Shown here: positions 14,306 through 28,958 of the stretch, one piece after another
Layout: each line of letters begins with the position of its first letter
Numbering within the stretch: the stretch's first letter is position 1
DNA from: Eledone cirrhosa
Taxonomy: Eukaryota
Assembly (NCBI GenBank): GCA_964016885.1
Contig: OZ024741.1
Span: 151,156,001-151,220,000, forward strand
Direction: 5' to 3'
DNA length: 64,000 nucleotides
Translations under genes and position numbers: made by a program
The notes under the pieces: generated by a model
The model's database searches: none
The model's input: only the letters and a program-made list of their open reading frames with translations
What the model was told of the DNA's origin: nothing

Positions 14306-14748
14306 CATACATATATATTTATATATATACATACACATCTACAGACGTGCAAGTACTGTTAAGAAAATGAGTAAAATTGATGCGTGCTACTTGTGTATTT
14401 CCTAAATAAGCTGTTAGCTGTTTGCTCTCTCTATAGGACAAACACTAGAATATTTTTTCGATGAGACGACTGAAAAAAATGCAAACTAATAGATACGTTC
14501 TCGAGTCCGTTGAGCAAACATACGCCTATTGTTTCAAACAATGAGGCTAAATATATTCTTTTATTCTTTTACTAGATTTCAATAATAACTGCCGCGTTGC
14601 TGTTCAGTGTCTTGAAGGGATTTTGTCGATCATATTGACCCCAGTACTTATTTTTGATGTCTGGTACATATCCAGTAATTTCTTCTTATCAGGGATGTAA
14701 ACACTGTCAGACATACACAAACACATACGCACGCGTGCATTCACACAC

Positions 14749-14794
<46 letters not shown>

Positions 14795-14861
14795 ACACAC
14801 ACGCGCGTGCGCGCAGAGTGAGAGAGACAGAGAGAACGAGAGAAATAGAGAGGGAGGGATA

Positions 14862-14949
<88 letters not shown>

Positions 14950-15052
14950 TGTGAGAGGAAGATGTGGTTGAAACAGCTTTCTTTTTCAGATTCTTTTCTC
15001 TCTCGTATATAAGTACATGTAACTATAAGGATATTTATATATGTATGTCTAT

Positions 15053-15181
15053 AACAAAGAAGGTGTGGTAGATACCAGGTGGACCATAACGCACCAGAGT
15101 ACTCGATACTTAGGTTAGTATAGTGGGAAATAGGAGAAGAGTCAGGACCCCGACGGCTCAGCTCGGTCGTTTCGACAGCTC
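15053..15181. mobile_element. Family A copy lacking the right arm
   Basis: ccaggtggaccataacgcaccagagtactc..ggaccccgacggct..gtttcgacagct. Confidence 0.65.
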
Positions 15182-15196
15182 TCTCTATATATATAT

Positions 15197-15597
15197 AGGA
15201 GGTGAGTTTTATTGTAGCACAATAAAGCAATCCAAATATCGGATAAGTAGCACTCAACAGTTTATTGGACTGGAGTATATATAAGAAGAAATTAAAAGAT
15301 GGTTAAAAAAGTTCCATGTATTTTATTATGCGCATTTCCTTTCTTTCTCTTCCTTACTTTTCTCCCCTCCCTTTCCTTTTTTTTCCAATCTTCTATATCC
15401 TTTTAAATTTATTTATCATATGTTGATTAGACACTACCTTGCTCACAAGTGTTTTTTTTTTTAAGCTTCATATCATGTCTCCCTATTTTAACTAATGAGA
15501 ACGCAAATATCGTCCCAGGATGATATTTGTTTTTGAAATGCGCATAATAAAATACATGGAACTTTTTTAACCATCTTTTCATTTCTTCTTATATATA
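15197..15597. mobile_element. Fold-back element family F with HHR (G5A) at 15484-15554
   Basis: Arms ~15277-15339/15535-15595 plus tail; TATTTTAA-CTAATGA-stem II-GAAA T GCGC A TA-ATAAAATA. Confidence 0.7.
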
Positions 15598-15610
15598 TAA
15601 ATATATATAT

Positions 15611-15893
15611 ACGATATTAACAAATGGAAACTATATTTATAAAACCATATTTATTTCATTATACATATTTCAAGGACACCAATTTAAATTATAGTGTGCT
15701 TTCATCAGATAAAATATAATATAGAGCAGTTTTATAAATAAATATTGACATACCCTTAAAGAATGCAACCATTATTGTTGGAAGCTCCCATTTGTTAATA
15801 TCGTATTTTTACTCCAATTATTTGTTGAGTGCTTTATATCAGTTATAAAAATATTTGCTTGTTGTATCCCAACAATTTAAATAGAACTTCTAC
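15611..15893. mobile_element. Fold-back element family C
   Basis: Short inverted arms acgatattaacaaatgg/ccatttgttaatatcgt plus tail; homologous to 53548-53993. Confidence 0.7.
15653..15715 (-). ncRNA. Type I hammerhead ribozyme (family C)
   Basis: Minus strand ATTTTAT-CTGATGA-AAG..CTT-GAAA-T ATGT A-TA-ATGAAAT. Confidence 0.75.
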
Positions 15894-16124
15894 ATATATA
15901 TATACACAATATACATTTACATGTGTGTGTCTATCTTTTCACATATGTGCAGACAGACAGAAAATTATATTCCCATCACTCGGATACTGCTGACACATTA
16001 AGACTTATTTGTAGATATTCACCCACAGAAACGTACATATATGTATGTATGTACATATATATTTCTCTCTCTCTATTTATATCTATCTGTCTCTTTACCT
16101 ATCTATAAATAAAGAAAGATATCT

Positions 16125-16171
<47 letters not shown>

Positions 16172-16257
16172 TGTCAATATATAAATACGTTTATTAGTAA
16201 GCACGAATACCTGTTTCTATTTTTGTACCCGCACATGCACACTCAGATATTCGCACA

Positions 16258-16364
<107 letters not shown>

Positions 16365-16689
16365 GATAACATAAACATATATTATATATAATATACGTAA
16401 TTAGCATTTTTATTACCAATTTGTGGCCTTTTACCAACTGAGGAAGAAACCGTCTTTTTTTTCGCTTTATTACCAATTAAAATATATTTTCTGATATTTC
16501 AGCCATTTTAATTGAAATTTTGTGTTTGCCTTCTAAGAGATTATTGATAACTTTAACTTGATTGGTTAAGGTTTACTTATGACTACCGCTGTTTGGCTGA
16601 TATCGACTGATATTGAATTATTGCTTTATTTAATTAGTATTTAAACTATTTTACAGCAGTCTCTTTTTATGCAATTACACACACATGTA

Positions 16690-17135
16690 TATATATATAC
16701 ATGTATACATGTATGAATATATATACATAGTACTGTACGTCTGTATACATGTGTGTATGTACGTGTACATACATACATACTTACATTTAAGTAAGTGCCG
16801 TACTAAGAGTGAGAAATGAAATTTCGTTTCATTCTATTCCATTTATCGTTTTCGGTGCGCCCAGCCGACTGAACTTACTCGATATGCAAATTAGGCTGCT
16901 CAGCCGTTAATATGCATAAGGAAAGTATATACTTTCAGACGTCCAACTATCTGGCAGGAAGGTATACGATGCTGATGATAAGTAATAAGCTTGAAACTAG
17001 TACATCGTTCCTGTGTCAGTGTTGAACAAAAAGGTGATGTGGTTGCCTAAACACTGTACGGCGTAATTCGGGCTGTTTGTTTGTTTACAAACAAACCGGG
17101 CATTATAATAAATGTTCGGTAAACCGATACGTGCA
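16690..17135 (+). mobile_element. Non-coding HHR element family D (retrozyme-like)
   Basis: Homologous to 48123-48566 (minus) but with permuted segment order; no ORF. Confidence 0.7.
16966..17008 (+). ncRNA. Minimal type I hammerhead ribozyme (family D)
   Basis: ACGATG-CTGATGA-TAAGTAATAAGCTT-GAAA-C TA G-TA-CATCGT: perfect 6-bp stem I, GUA site; stem II weak in this copy. Confidence 0.8.
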
Positions 17136-17399
17136 TATATATATATACAAGTGGAAGCTTAGTAAAATCGAAGCTTTGGCAAAGTCGACCTACAATAAGG
17201 AATGAGTAGAAAAGCACTCAATAAGGGTTGGTCCTTAGAGTAATAACATACGTTTAAATAGCTTGACAAATTGAAAATTGCGGTAGGCAACACCCAACCA
17301 TACAATACCAAAACAACGAAAGAACAGGTTAAAAACAGACCTGGACAGATCGGACGATATTCTGCCATACGTCCGATATGTTTCTATGAATTCGGATCA

Positions 17400-17497
<98 letters not shown>

Positions 17498-18972
17498 TAT
17501 AAACTACGTAATACATCAGCCGCGTACCAGTAATTGGAACAGGAGGTAGCTCTTTTACTGGGAAGACTGGGGTATGGTTTTGAATTTAATGTTTGAATAT
17601 AATTTGTGTTGTGTGGTTTGTGCATGGTAGGTGGGTTTATTGTAGGATGATAGTTTGCGTTGGCTTGAGTAGTATGTAGTATGGGTTTGGTTTAGATTGT
17701 TTTTGGTCTAGTTAAGGCAAATGGCGGTCTTAGTTATATGTATCCATACATAAAAGCAGATTAAGCAGGAACCTCCTGATCATCGAGTTAATGGTATGGT
17801 TTGAAATTATAATAAAATAAATTATACATTATTCCGCACATGAATTGTTTTGTTTCCCCAGTTTACACAGTCAAACCTACCGTATATACACATACAAACG
17901 TTGAATATGTAAAACTTTTTAAAACAATTTAACGCCTACTGCAGAAAATTACACAGTTCTACTCTCCAGGAACAGTAACTCACACTACAACTGTATATAC
18001 CGGGTCAATAAGTAACTGTTCCAATGACCTATATGTTAATAAATAAAAAAACACACCAACAGAAAAAGACACTCTTCGCATTAACAAAGAAAATATGGGC
18101 GTTCAGTTCTTATAAATATTTCTATGTCCTATCCATAGCTGTATTTCCTCCTTGTGTTATCTTGATATGAAATTGCCGAAATATATTGTAAGTACCGTAA
18201 TTTCATTCAGGGAAACATTAATTATGAATCTGTAATGTATTACCAGTAAATACATATAGGCCCAGCTTATATAAGAAATGGCGGTGTGCTACACATACCA
18301 GCTGATACTATTTGTTTTACTATAAATCTTTTACAATATTTATTCAACAAATTTGAATAATAATATGAATGAATTCCGGTCTAGTGTCGTTGGTTTCCGT
18401 GGCTGTTTACACAACCGAGAAGCAGCTGAAGCAGAAATAAAACATTTCCTAAGAAATATGTATAACCATTGGGTTCAAGAGCAAATGATTATCTAAACAC
18501 TGAAGATGAGTATTAAGTAGAAATATCATGATTTTATAATAGCGATTGGGATGATTCTTTGTTATTATCAAAGGAGCATTAAATAAATATATAATATATA
18601 TAAAATATATTTTAGTAACAGAGAAAGTATTCATTATTCATTTAAAACGCAGGGTGCGGCATTGGCAATATCAGTGGGGCGTCGGACAAAATGATTTACA
18701 GCATTTAGTTAAAACTTTCTATTTACTGACTTGAAATCCCATCAAGGTGAACTTTTCGGACGATCATTGTCAAAATCAGTTTTAGCCATAGAAATACTTG
18801 ATAAACGATAGTACACATTAAAGCTGTGAGGAAAGATCTTAGTTAATATGCACTTCCTATTCATTCGACCCATATATATTATATTATATTATATACATAA
18901 ACACCCACACATCCACACGCTCATACACACACACATACATGCATTTGTACTTACACACACACAGATCAACAC

Positions 18973-19055
<83 letters not shown>

Positions 19056-19544
19056 CAGAGTCACACATTTCTTAAATAAATACAATGCTTAGAGTTTAGG
19101 CGACATTCAGAAGAGAAATAAAGACGATGCAGGGGATATATTAAAAAGGAAATGCCACAATCCCACAATCGAACACGATTCCCTTTGTTTAACCTAAATT
19201 CATTGTCTTTGTTGAATCGATCAGAGGTTAACTTGCAACGAAATTCCATTCAGTTGTATAGACAATATTTTAATGTTTAATGGCATTCAACACATTCACA
19301 CAGACTCAAACGCATACACCGCCACATACATACATTCACACTAAAACATAAACATAATGAAGCATAAACATTTATATATATATATACATAGTACATAACT
19401 ATATATACATACATATGCATACAGTATATACATATACACATCCATACATACACACTCACATACATACACACACGCACATCCACATCCACATCCACATCCA
19501 CATCCACATACATCTATTCATAGATATATATATATGTGTGTAGA

Positions 19545-19582
<38 letters not shown>

Positions 19583-19751
19583 CACAAATAAACAAAAATA
19601 CATACATGTATGTATAGTTGTGTGTGTGTAGTTAGATATTTCTATCTAACTACACAGACATACATACACACACACGTATATATATATATATATATATATA
19701 CACATTTATATTATATACATATATATGTATACACATTTATATAATATAAAT

Positions 19752-19809
<58 letters not shown>

Positions 19810-19852
19810 AGTAATAATAATAAATTTGAAGACTAATAAATATATATGTGTG

Positions 19853-19932
<80 letters not shown>

Positions 19933-19985
19933 CATTTATATGATATACATATATATATATATATACACATTTATATAATATAAAT

Positions 19986-20069
<84 letters not shown>

Positions 20070-20449
20070 ATAATAATAAATTTGAAGACTAATAAATATA
20101 TATGTGTATATATATATATATATAAATATATATATATACATGTACAATGGAATCAATTGCTTGAATATGTTATTCGTTGGTGTTTCCCGTTTCTTGCACG
20201 TTCTTCAGAACGACTGAGAGCAGTGTCAGCTTTCTGACGGCCATATCATGTTTAGTTTAATTATTGGAAGCTGAGTGACGTCTCATTTTTTAAGTGTCTG
20301 CCTGTGAGTGTGCGTATGTGTACGTGTGCGTGCCTGTGTATATCTGTGTTTGTATGTATGTTATTTATTTAATCAATTTAAATGTCTGTAGAGTGCTAAT
20401 AACCCATGAAAGTCTAGGGGAGGTGTTTAATACAACATATAATTAAGAA

Positions 20450-21005
20450 TCAAAGACAAGCGGCAGAGACAGTGAGAGAAAAAAGAAAAAGCCATTCCAG
20501 CTCGCCAGGCTCACACCTGCGGTTGGCCAGCTCAGCGCCTATGGTGGTGAGTAGGGAGGTAGCTCTAAGGCCGAGGACACCAGAAGTCACCACTGCCAAG
20601 GGTAAAACCGCAAACCCGTTGGAGAGGAACCGGTATTTGAAGAGTTTGGCCTCCTCAGCCCGACGTGCAACAGAGCTTGGGTTAGTCGCAGACTGTACCA
20701 GGTTGCGGCTGGAAAAAGTGTCGGTGCAAGTAGCATCTCGGACGAGAGGTTTTCCACAGGGGAACGGGAAGATGGTCATGCCATCTTGCCTTTTGGCGTC
20801 CCCTCGGTCCAGCCTCAACGGCTCGAGCTGGGAAGGGAAGCCTGCAGCGTCCAAGCCATGCTTAATGGCCTCGTTGATGACAGCATGGCGTGGAAGGCGG
20901 CCGGAACTCTGGCGACAGGAAAGCAGGTGGACGCCGAAAGTATCCACGGTGGACCCACAGCGACATTGGTGTGGCTCGCAGATCCGGAGGCCAAGCCTCA
21001 AGGAA
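20450..21005 (-). mobile_element. CRE-clade non-LTR retrotransposon 3' fragment (zinc finger + restriction-like endonuclease)
   Basis: RLGL..CRCG..DTFGVHLLSC..RHAVINE..EP..KRQDG..DATC..AEEAK..KY..PLAVVTSGVLG. Confidence 0.8.
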
Positions 21006-21286
21006 CCCCATATTTCATATAGGTTAAAACTGTTTTTAGCAAATAGACAAAAATCGTATTTTCACGAGCTACCAGTTATTGATTGACTGATCGTTGATGG
21101 ATGTCGGTTAGTTAAAAGATGATATGCAAAGACCAGTTACAGTAGCCAGTTAGTTGCTTGTAGCTCACATTTGCTATTAATATTAGGTTTATAACTGTTT
21201 ATAATAGCCTCACTGATCTGCAAATTACCGTCTTATAGGCTTCTTGAGGGTGATTTTTGATGTTTGTAGATGTGTATTGACTGAAT

Positions 21287-21377
<91 letters not shown>

Positions 21378-21382
21378 CGCAT

Positions 21383-21419
<37 letters not shown>

Positions 21420-22315
21420 CTAACTGGCCCGTCCGGCTGGCGACCGGCAAATGTACCGGCATTTTATCTTGTCAGGAATCCACCTTACACTCCAATGCAA
21501 AAATACCGCACGCCCTCTCAAGTCAGTGGAAGAGGGGGGCGGGGGGCGTTTAACGTGCTCTGATGTTGGGTTTGAATAGTTTTTAGGATTCCCCACTTCA
21601 ACAGCCAGTACGTTAAATAAAATTGATAGTTACAACAATAAAGGCTGAACAGAGAACACATTTTTAACAAACAATAATTTGTACAACCATAATGGAAATT
21701 ACAAGTAACAGAAAATATTTAAATTACATTGTTAGAGCCTCAGAGTATACAATATTTTTTGTTCGGCCCTCCAGAGCAAAGATGAAGAGATTGTTTGGCG
21801 AGCTAACCGTAGAGCATCCTAAATACAATTGACCATGGGAGAATCTCTGAGGTCGTAGCTCGTCTCGCGGAGAAGCTCTGTAAACGTTGACCTCTGGACA
21901 CTCATGTCAGGAGCAGGTAAGCTGTAGTAACTTAGAGGCCTACCATCAATCTCCAAGACACTGTTTTCAAGACAAATGAGCGCCTCATTGAAAACATCGT
22001 ATGTTACGTTCGGATTGTGTCTGCGTGTGCGGTGGAGGATGTGCTCAACTAGACTTTCGCAGTGGTTGTTCCACATTGCGAGAGGGTCGGGGAGATCGCA
22101 GTTGTGCAGCATAATAGCAAAAGATTTTTGCAGCTGAGAATGGACTTCAGCAGTTGCTGCTTCTTGCAGGGTGAGGTGCCAATGGATGTCATCGTGTAAC
22201 ATACCACGCATCTGGCAAGCCAAACGCTAAGTGGAACATTGATGGCCATTGATGATTCTCAGATCTTGGAAAGACTGTGGTCCTCTAACCTCGAACAGTA
22301 ACAATGACGATAAGC
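21420..22315 (-). mobile_element. Internally deleted Helitron (RepHel remnant with 3' terminus)
   Basis: VRGPQSFQDLRIING..ACQMRGMLHDDIHW..LQEAA..DPLAMW; Pif1 C-terminal SHGQLYLGCS..TKNIVYSEAL at ~21845-21730; GC-rich subterminal hairpin and TTAG|T end at 21420. Confidence 0.8.
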
Positions 22316-22384
22316 CGTCTGTGCTTTCGTGAAATAAATAGGTTTTTGTTTTTGTGTATGCAAAAATATCTGTACACGAATATA

Positions 22385-22500
22385 TATATTAAAATAACAG
22401 ATTAAAGTTTAAGCAAAGAATCGCTGCTTTCACCTTTACCGGATCTTCTGAAACTTAAAATCTCAGTATGTGAACGCAGAAGAAAATATTTCGAAAAAAA
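22385..22500 (-). mobile_element. PLE 3'-end fragment (same family as 11775-11872) with A4 HHR-like motif at 22405-22456
   Basis: Reverse complement of 11775-11872; AAGTTT-CAGAAGA..GAAA..TT-AAACTT. Confidence 0.65.
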
Positions 22501-22699
22501 TTATCTAATGCAGACAGCCAGACATACAGACTAAGAAAAAGAGGGGAATGTTGTGCGACGTCATAAGAAAATGTGAGAAATGACGTATAACCGGAAGTGT
22601 TGACATTTGAAATTTTAAAGAAGTGAATATTTAAAATCTTTTAACAAAATTCAGTAGACAAAAATACCCTCAATTTTTTACTTGGAAAAAGTTATGGGA

Positions 22700-23058
22700 T
22701 TGATGAATAAATATCTGTGTAAAACAAGTACAACGGTATGCGATGGGGCCCACCCACAGCCCCGGCGGACAGAATGGAGAAGGCGTTTCCCCGAAGGACG
22801 GCAAGGGAGACGCGCTGGAAAAGCCACTCCAACTCGCGGGGTCACACCTGCGGCTGGCTCGCTCAGCGCCTATGGTGGTGAGTAAGGAGGTAGCCCTGGG
22901 GCCGAGGACACCAGAGATCTCCACTGTCAGGAGTACGATCGCAAACCTGTCGGAGAGCGACCGGTATTTGAGGAGTTTCGCCCCCTCAGCCCGACGTGCA
23001 GCAGAACCCGTGTCAGTCGCAGACTGTACCAGGTTGCGGCTGCAGAAAGTGTCGGTAG
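22700..23058 (-). mobile_element. Second CRE-clade 3' fragment
   Basis: TDTFCSRNLVQSATDTGSAARRAEGAKLLKY; clearly homologous to 20490-20725. Confidence 0.8.
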
Positions 23059-23069
23059 ATATAAATATA

Positions 23070-23850
<781 letters not shown>

Positions 23851-24169
23851 TATATATATATACATATATCTATCTATCTGTATATGTGGACTTGTGCGCG
23901 CGTGTACAAACATAAACACACGTGTGTGTGTTTGTGTATGTGTGCGGATATATGCAGTTACATATATTTGTATGTATGAACGTGTATGTCCGTTAAATAC
24001 GCGTGTATGTGAGTATGTGTACGTATTTACACGTATCCAAAGGGATAGTTTTTCAAGACGGACCTTACTGAAGTATTACCGGTGATGACTCATGTTCCAA
24101 TGTCTGACGAACCACGCAACACTAACACCACCATGATTCGTGAAACTCCGAGGACCTAAGAGGGTATAA

Positions 24170-24338
24170 ACCATGTTTGCCATGCATTATATTGAAGCGT
24201 AGATACGGCCCTTTACGGTCTGAGTTCAAATCCCGCAGAGATTAACTTTGCCTTTCATCCGTGCGGGGTCGATAAAATAAAGCACCAGTAATACACTGGT
24301 ATAATTGCTGGCCTTGTACCAAAAGTAGAAACAATTAT
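24170..24338 (+). mobile_element. tRNA-derived SINE, same family as 7575
   Basis: tctgagttcaaatcccgc..ctttgcctttcatcc..ggggtcgataaaataaag..ataattgctggccttgt. Confidence 0.65.
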
Positions 24339-24346
24339 ATTACATA

Positions 24347-25218
24347 CTAGCAGTGGTACCCGGCGTTGCACGGGATTAGATATTTTGGAACGCGGGCTGC
24401 CAACAGACCTAATCGTGGGAAAATTGCATGCCTGGACAATATGTAAAGAAAATAAACCGAATACTCAGATGGCTGGATAATCTTTAAGATTTTCCTCGAT
24501 GAAGTAGGAAAAATACACGTTTTCACCTAATGCGGGCCCTAGGGGATCAAGAAAATGAATTTTTTTTATGTTCATAATATGCTTTGAAATTTCGGGAAAT
24601 CGGTTAGACGTAACGCCTCCATAAAGCCCTAAGAAGCTGAAAAAATGAAGTTTTTCACCTAATGCCGGTCCTAGGCCATGAGAAAGTTGGATTTCCTTTG
24701 CTCACGGTATGAAGAAGAGACTAACTAATACATAGTTACAATTTCAAGGAAATCGGTCTCACGTAAGGCCTCAAAAACCCCTAAAAATCTTTAAAAACGC
24801 AATTTTTCACCTAATGCGGAGATAAAAAAATTGAATGTAAAGTTTGGGGACTTCTCGAGTTTTAGGGATTCAAACTCACAGGCACACATACACACACACA
24901 CACACAAGCACACACATCCTCAGGGAAGTGACGTAATGCAGACAGTCAGACATACAGACAGATATTATAAGGGCACACGTTATATGTATGTATCTATCTA
25001 AAAAGAGAAAGACTAAGAACTATAGAGCGAGATCGCTAAATCGCCTAATGCGGTCCCTAGGGCATTGAAAATTTGAAATTCGTTTTGCGCAGAACACTCC
25101 CTGAAACATAAGTATTACATGTGTAAAGTTTGAAAACAGTCGGTTGGGTGGTTCTCGAGTTTTAGGGATTCGAACTCACACACACACAGACAGACATCCT
25201 CAGTTTTATATATAGAGA
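24347..25218 (-). mobile_element. Non-autonomous Helitron
   Basis: Minus strand A|TCTCTATATATAAAACTGAG..ccgtgcaacgccggg hairpin..CTAG|T; internal repeats of ttttcacctaatgc and duplicated ctcgagttttagggattc. Confidence 0.8.
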
Positions 25219-25562
25219 TATACATACATATGTACATGCATTTATATATGCGTTCGGATCTAGCTGTTGAAACGGCAGCAGCTCAACCATCGGGGTCTCG
25301 CATTTTTCATTATATATATATATAAAATGAACAGAACAATGTTTGAGTGCATGTGTGCGTATAGTTGTGTATATGGACGAATGGACACGTATAAACATCA
25401 AGCAGGAACGTAGATGGGCATATATGCCAATACGGAAAGACATCATTTCCTATAAAGTGTTTCATGTATACATTTATACGCGTAACATCTTAACTAGCTT
25501 TCTGGCTAATGTTATCTACTTCTTTCAATGTGTCATATTCCTATCTATCTTTCATACATACG

Positions 25563-25641
<79 letters not shown>

Positions 25642-26625
25642 AACAACAACACCACCAACTACAACAGCAACGCAAACAAGGAACAGGTCTCCTTCGCCCA
25701 GACGGCAAGGAAAACCCTCGACTATCTGCCAGTAGATATAAGCAAAGCGAAGGAGCTACTGGCAGATGCCAAAAAATATATAGTGTACGGGGAAAATGGA
25801 TAATTTTCGATCCCCCCCCCCCCCGGAACTAAAAAGCCAGAGACTCCTAAACACTGTCATGTTTAGGACAGTCTCAAACAAAAGCAAAAAACCAGCTCAA
25901 CCATCACAGAGTGAGATAGAGCTGGTTTTAAAAGATGTCATGAAAGACATCATATTCATTCAGAAGGATAGACTCTACGGGAGTCTATCCATTCTTATGA
26001 AGGACAGGGACACAGCAGCGTAACTGTCAATAAAACCAATCACATCCACCGCATACACCTCCTACCCTACGTACATGGGTAGAAGGACACAAACAATAAA
26101 AATTCACACCATCCTTCCGATTATGGACATATGGTGGTTATTAACAGGTTTCCTGGACCTAGACGATGACACACTAATATCCATGGGAAAGGCATCGGGT
26201 GACGCGTTCAGTGGAACGGGCCTCGAACTTGTAGTTCAAATGAGGCCCAAAAGGATCGCACAGATCCCTGAACACGTCATACTGGATGATCAAACTTTTA
26301 TCAACAATACCGTTGAGGGTAGGCGGCCCTCGTGTTACCTCTGTGGAGCCAGAGGCCACCTGAGGGCTGTCTGTCCTCAACTTAAAAAGAAAACCCCAAT
26401 CCTGCCTACACCACCAACAACTGCACAACCAACACAATCACCACAACCACCACTACAAAAACAACAACCACAGCTCAAAACAAAACACTGTCCAACCTAT
26501 CCCCCCCACTAAAAAAAAAAATTCCATAACACCCGCACCGCAAACACAACCCGAAAATCTACCCCTCCCCTCCAACGCGGAAGATGACCCTCGGCGTCGT
26601 CAGACGAGGAGGAGCACTTCCACAC
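25642..26625 (+). mobile_element. Tx1-family LINE ORF1 fragment after (TATC)n
   Basis: Homologous to ORF1 at 41006-42548 (FRTVSN, VEGRRPSCYLCGARGHLRAVCP CCHC knuckle); frameshifted. Confidence 0.8.
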
Positions 26626-27690
26626 AACCCTTCTCCTCAGGAGCACAGAGAGAGGGTGCTCCCTTGATCTTTCATCTTTCTCACCTACAGTCTGATGTAG
26701 AGTGAAGGACCATTCACACAGGCCATTCTCGCCACTTTCACCCATCTTTCATAAAAACGGCTGGGGTGCAGCACCTCTCTCTTCATCCTGATCCTTCTTC
26801 CGAAATGATATCGGAAGAAACGGAGCAGTTGTTGGCCAGAGAGAAAGGTGTTTGACCCCAGTCCTTTCAGACGCGTCCACCATACAACCTCTTTCACCAT
26901 GGCTATTACACACAGAAACACCGCCTCTCCTTCGTTTTTGAAGAGGGGAGGCGGCTTGATCGTTACAATAGACTCGGTGGTCAACCGGATCGGTCCCACC
27001 CGTGACAGCAGTCGTTCGACATAGCCCCACAGATCAGCAATGCCCGAGCAGTGTACCAATGCGTGTGCACGGTTTCCTCGTCGCACGCATCTGGGACAGA
27101 TCTTTTTCGAGGGGTCCCTACCCGGGCGCCCGTGTCTGTAGAGCCTTTCTCGAACGGGCAGAGCTCCTCGGTAGCACTGCCAGGCCAGGGATCTCTGGAA
27201 GTTATCCATAGGTCCCGGGCTGAATGTTCTACCGAACAGGTTGGCCAGTTCGTTTTCCTCCATGCCTAGGGCTTCTCCGAGGGCGTCGTCGCACCTGCTA
27301 ACCACCAGCCCTCTATAGAATGACGAGGTGGATTCTCCACTGACAGCCGGGTCCGCCTGCCAGAGAGCCGTGAGCGCCTGAGCACACCCGGTGTGCCAGG
27401 CGCCTAATTTTCTCGGTCTTTGCTTGACCCAGGATTGCAGCTTGGTGAGCGAGACGAGTCTGGGAAAGGCTCACCTCACAAACGGGGCCCACACCGGTTG
27501 ACCGGTGAGGAATACCTGGAGGTGTCGTAGCATTGTTTACGCATCATCAACCACGGCATCCCCGGCCCTCCTTTCGAAGGGTGTTGACAGCAGATGGATC
27601 TCTTCACCATAGGAGCCCGCTTCTTCCAAAGGAATTGGAAGAGTGCGCGCTCCATTTTGGCGAGCGTTTCCCTTGGGCAAGGCACAAGGT
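26626..27690 (-). mobile_element. Tx1-family LINE ORF2 3' fragment, opposite orientation
   Basis: CPRETLAKMERALF..SLAWQCYRGALPV..CPRC..H..C..NGPSLYIRL; 3' UTR cut off at the junction; degenerate GATA repeat at 27700-27732. Confidence 0.85.
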
Positions 27691-27788
27691 TCAGAGAGAG
27701 ATAGGTAGATGGCTAGATAGATGTATAGATAGGCAGAGAGAGCAAGACATGTAAGAACGTTTGTAGGTAGTTGTGTGGATATATACAT

Positions 27789-27849
<61 letters not shown>

Positions 27850-28008
27850 GGTGTGCGTGTGTGTGTGTATGTATGTGTGCGCGTGTGTACGTATGCGTGC
27901 GCATATATATACATACGTGGATACGCGCATGTATATATATATATGGATAGAGGGAGAGGGAGAGAAGGAGGGAGGGAGAGAGTGAGAGTGAGAGAGGTAG
28001 GGAGAGAA

Positions 28009-28055
<47 letters not shown>

Positions 28056-28208
28056 GTGATATGAAATAGCGACAAACCTAAGAGATGTATAGGTTAGAGA
28101 GAAAAATGTCGGAGTGTAAACAGATACTGCAAGGTATAATTGCTAACATAAAAGGCTTTTACAGGAAATGATTTCTTTCCTCTATAGGCATCGACGTTTC
28201 ATTATGCT

Positions 28209-28318
<110 letters not shown>

Positions 28319-28384
28319 TGTGTGTGTGTGTGTGTTTAGTCATATTTCTATATATTTATAATCACGATTTAGCGAGACTTCTTA

Positions 28385-28440
<56 letters not shown>

Positions 28441-28445
<5 letters not shown>

Positions 28446-28657
28446 AACGAGTAGGACCCCGACGGCTGAGCTCAAGCCGTTTCGACGGCTAGTTCTGGAC
28501 TAAAAAAAAAAAAAAGAATTAGTTCAGAATTAGCCGTCGAAACGGCTTGAGCTCAGCCGTCGGGGTCCTACTCGTTCCTATTACCCACCCTACTACCCTA
28601 AGTATTGAGTACTTTGGTGCGTTATGGTCCACCTGGTTCCTTACCACATTTCCTTCG

Positions 28658-28659
<2 letters not shown>
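28441..28659. mobile_element. Fold-back mini-element family A (reverse orientation)
   Basis: Near-perfect arms 28441-28502/28519-28581 around an A-tract spacer; TA flanks. Confidence 0.8.
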
Positions 28660-28712
<53 letters not shown>

Positions 28713-28734
28713 TATATATATATACATATGTATG

Positions 28735-28765
<31 letters not shown>

Positions 28766-28958
28766 CTGTGTGTGTGTATATGTGTGTGTATCTGTTGTAT
28801 GTATGTGTATATATATATATATATATACACACACATACATACATATATATTGTAGTATGCTCTAATCATACTCGTCGTGTTTCTCGAACTCTTTGCTTAG
28901 ATGCTTTAGACCAGATATTTCCAAACCTTTTTGGGTTGCCGCCTATTTTTAGATGACA

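Noticed and set aside
24095-24160. HHR-like CTGACGA..GAAACTC
   Set aside because: Stems I and II and the NUH site cannot be formed convincingly; at best a decayed remnant
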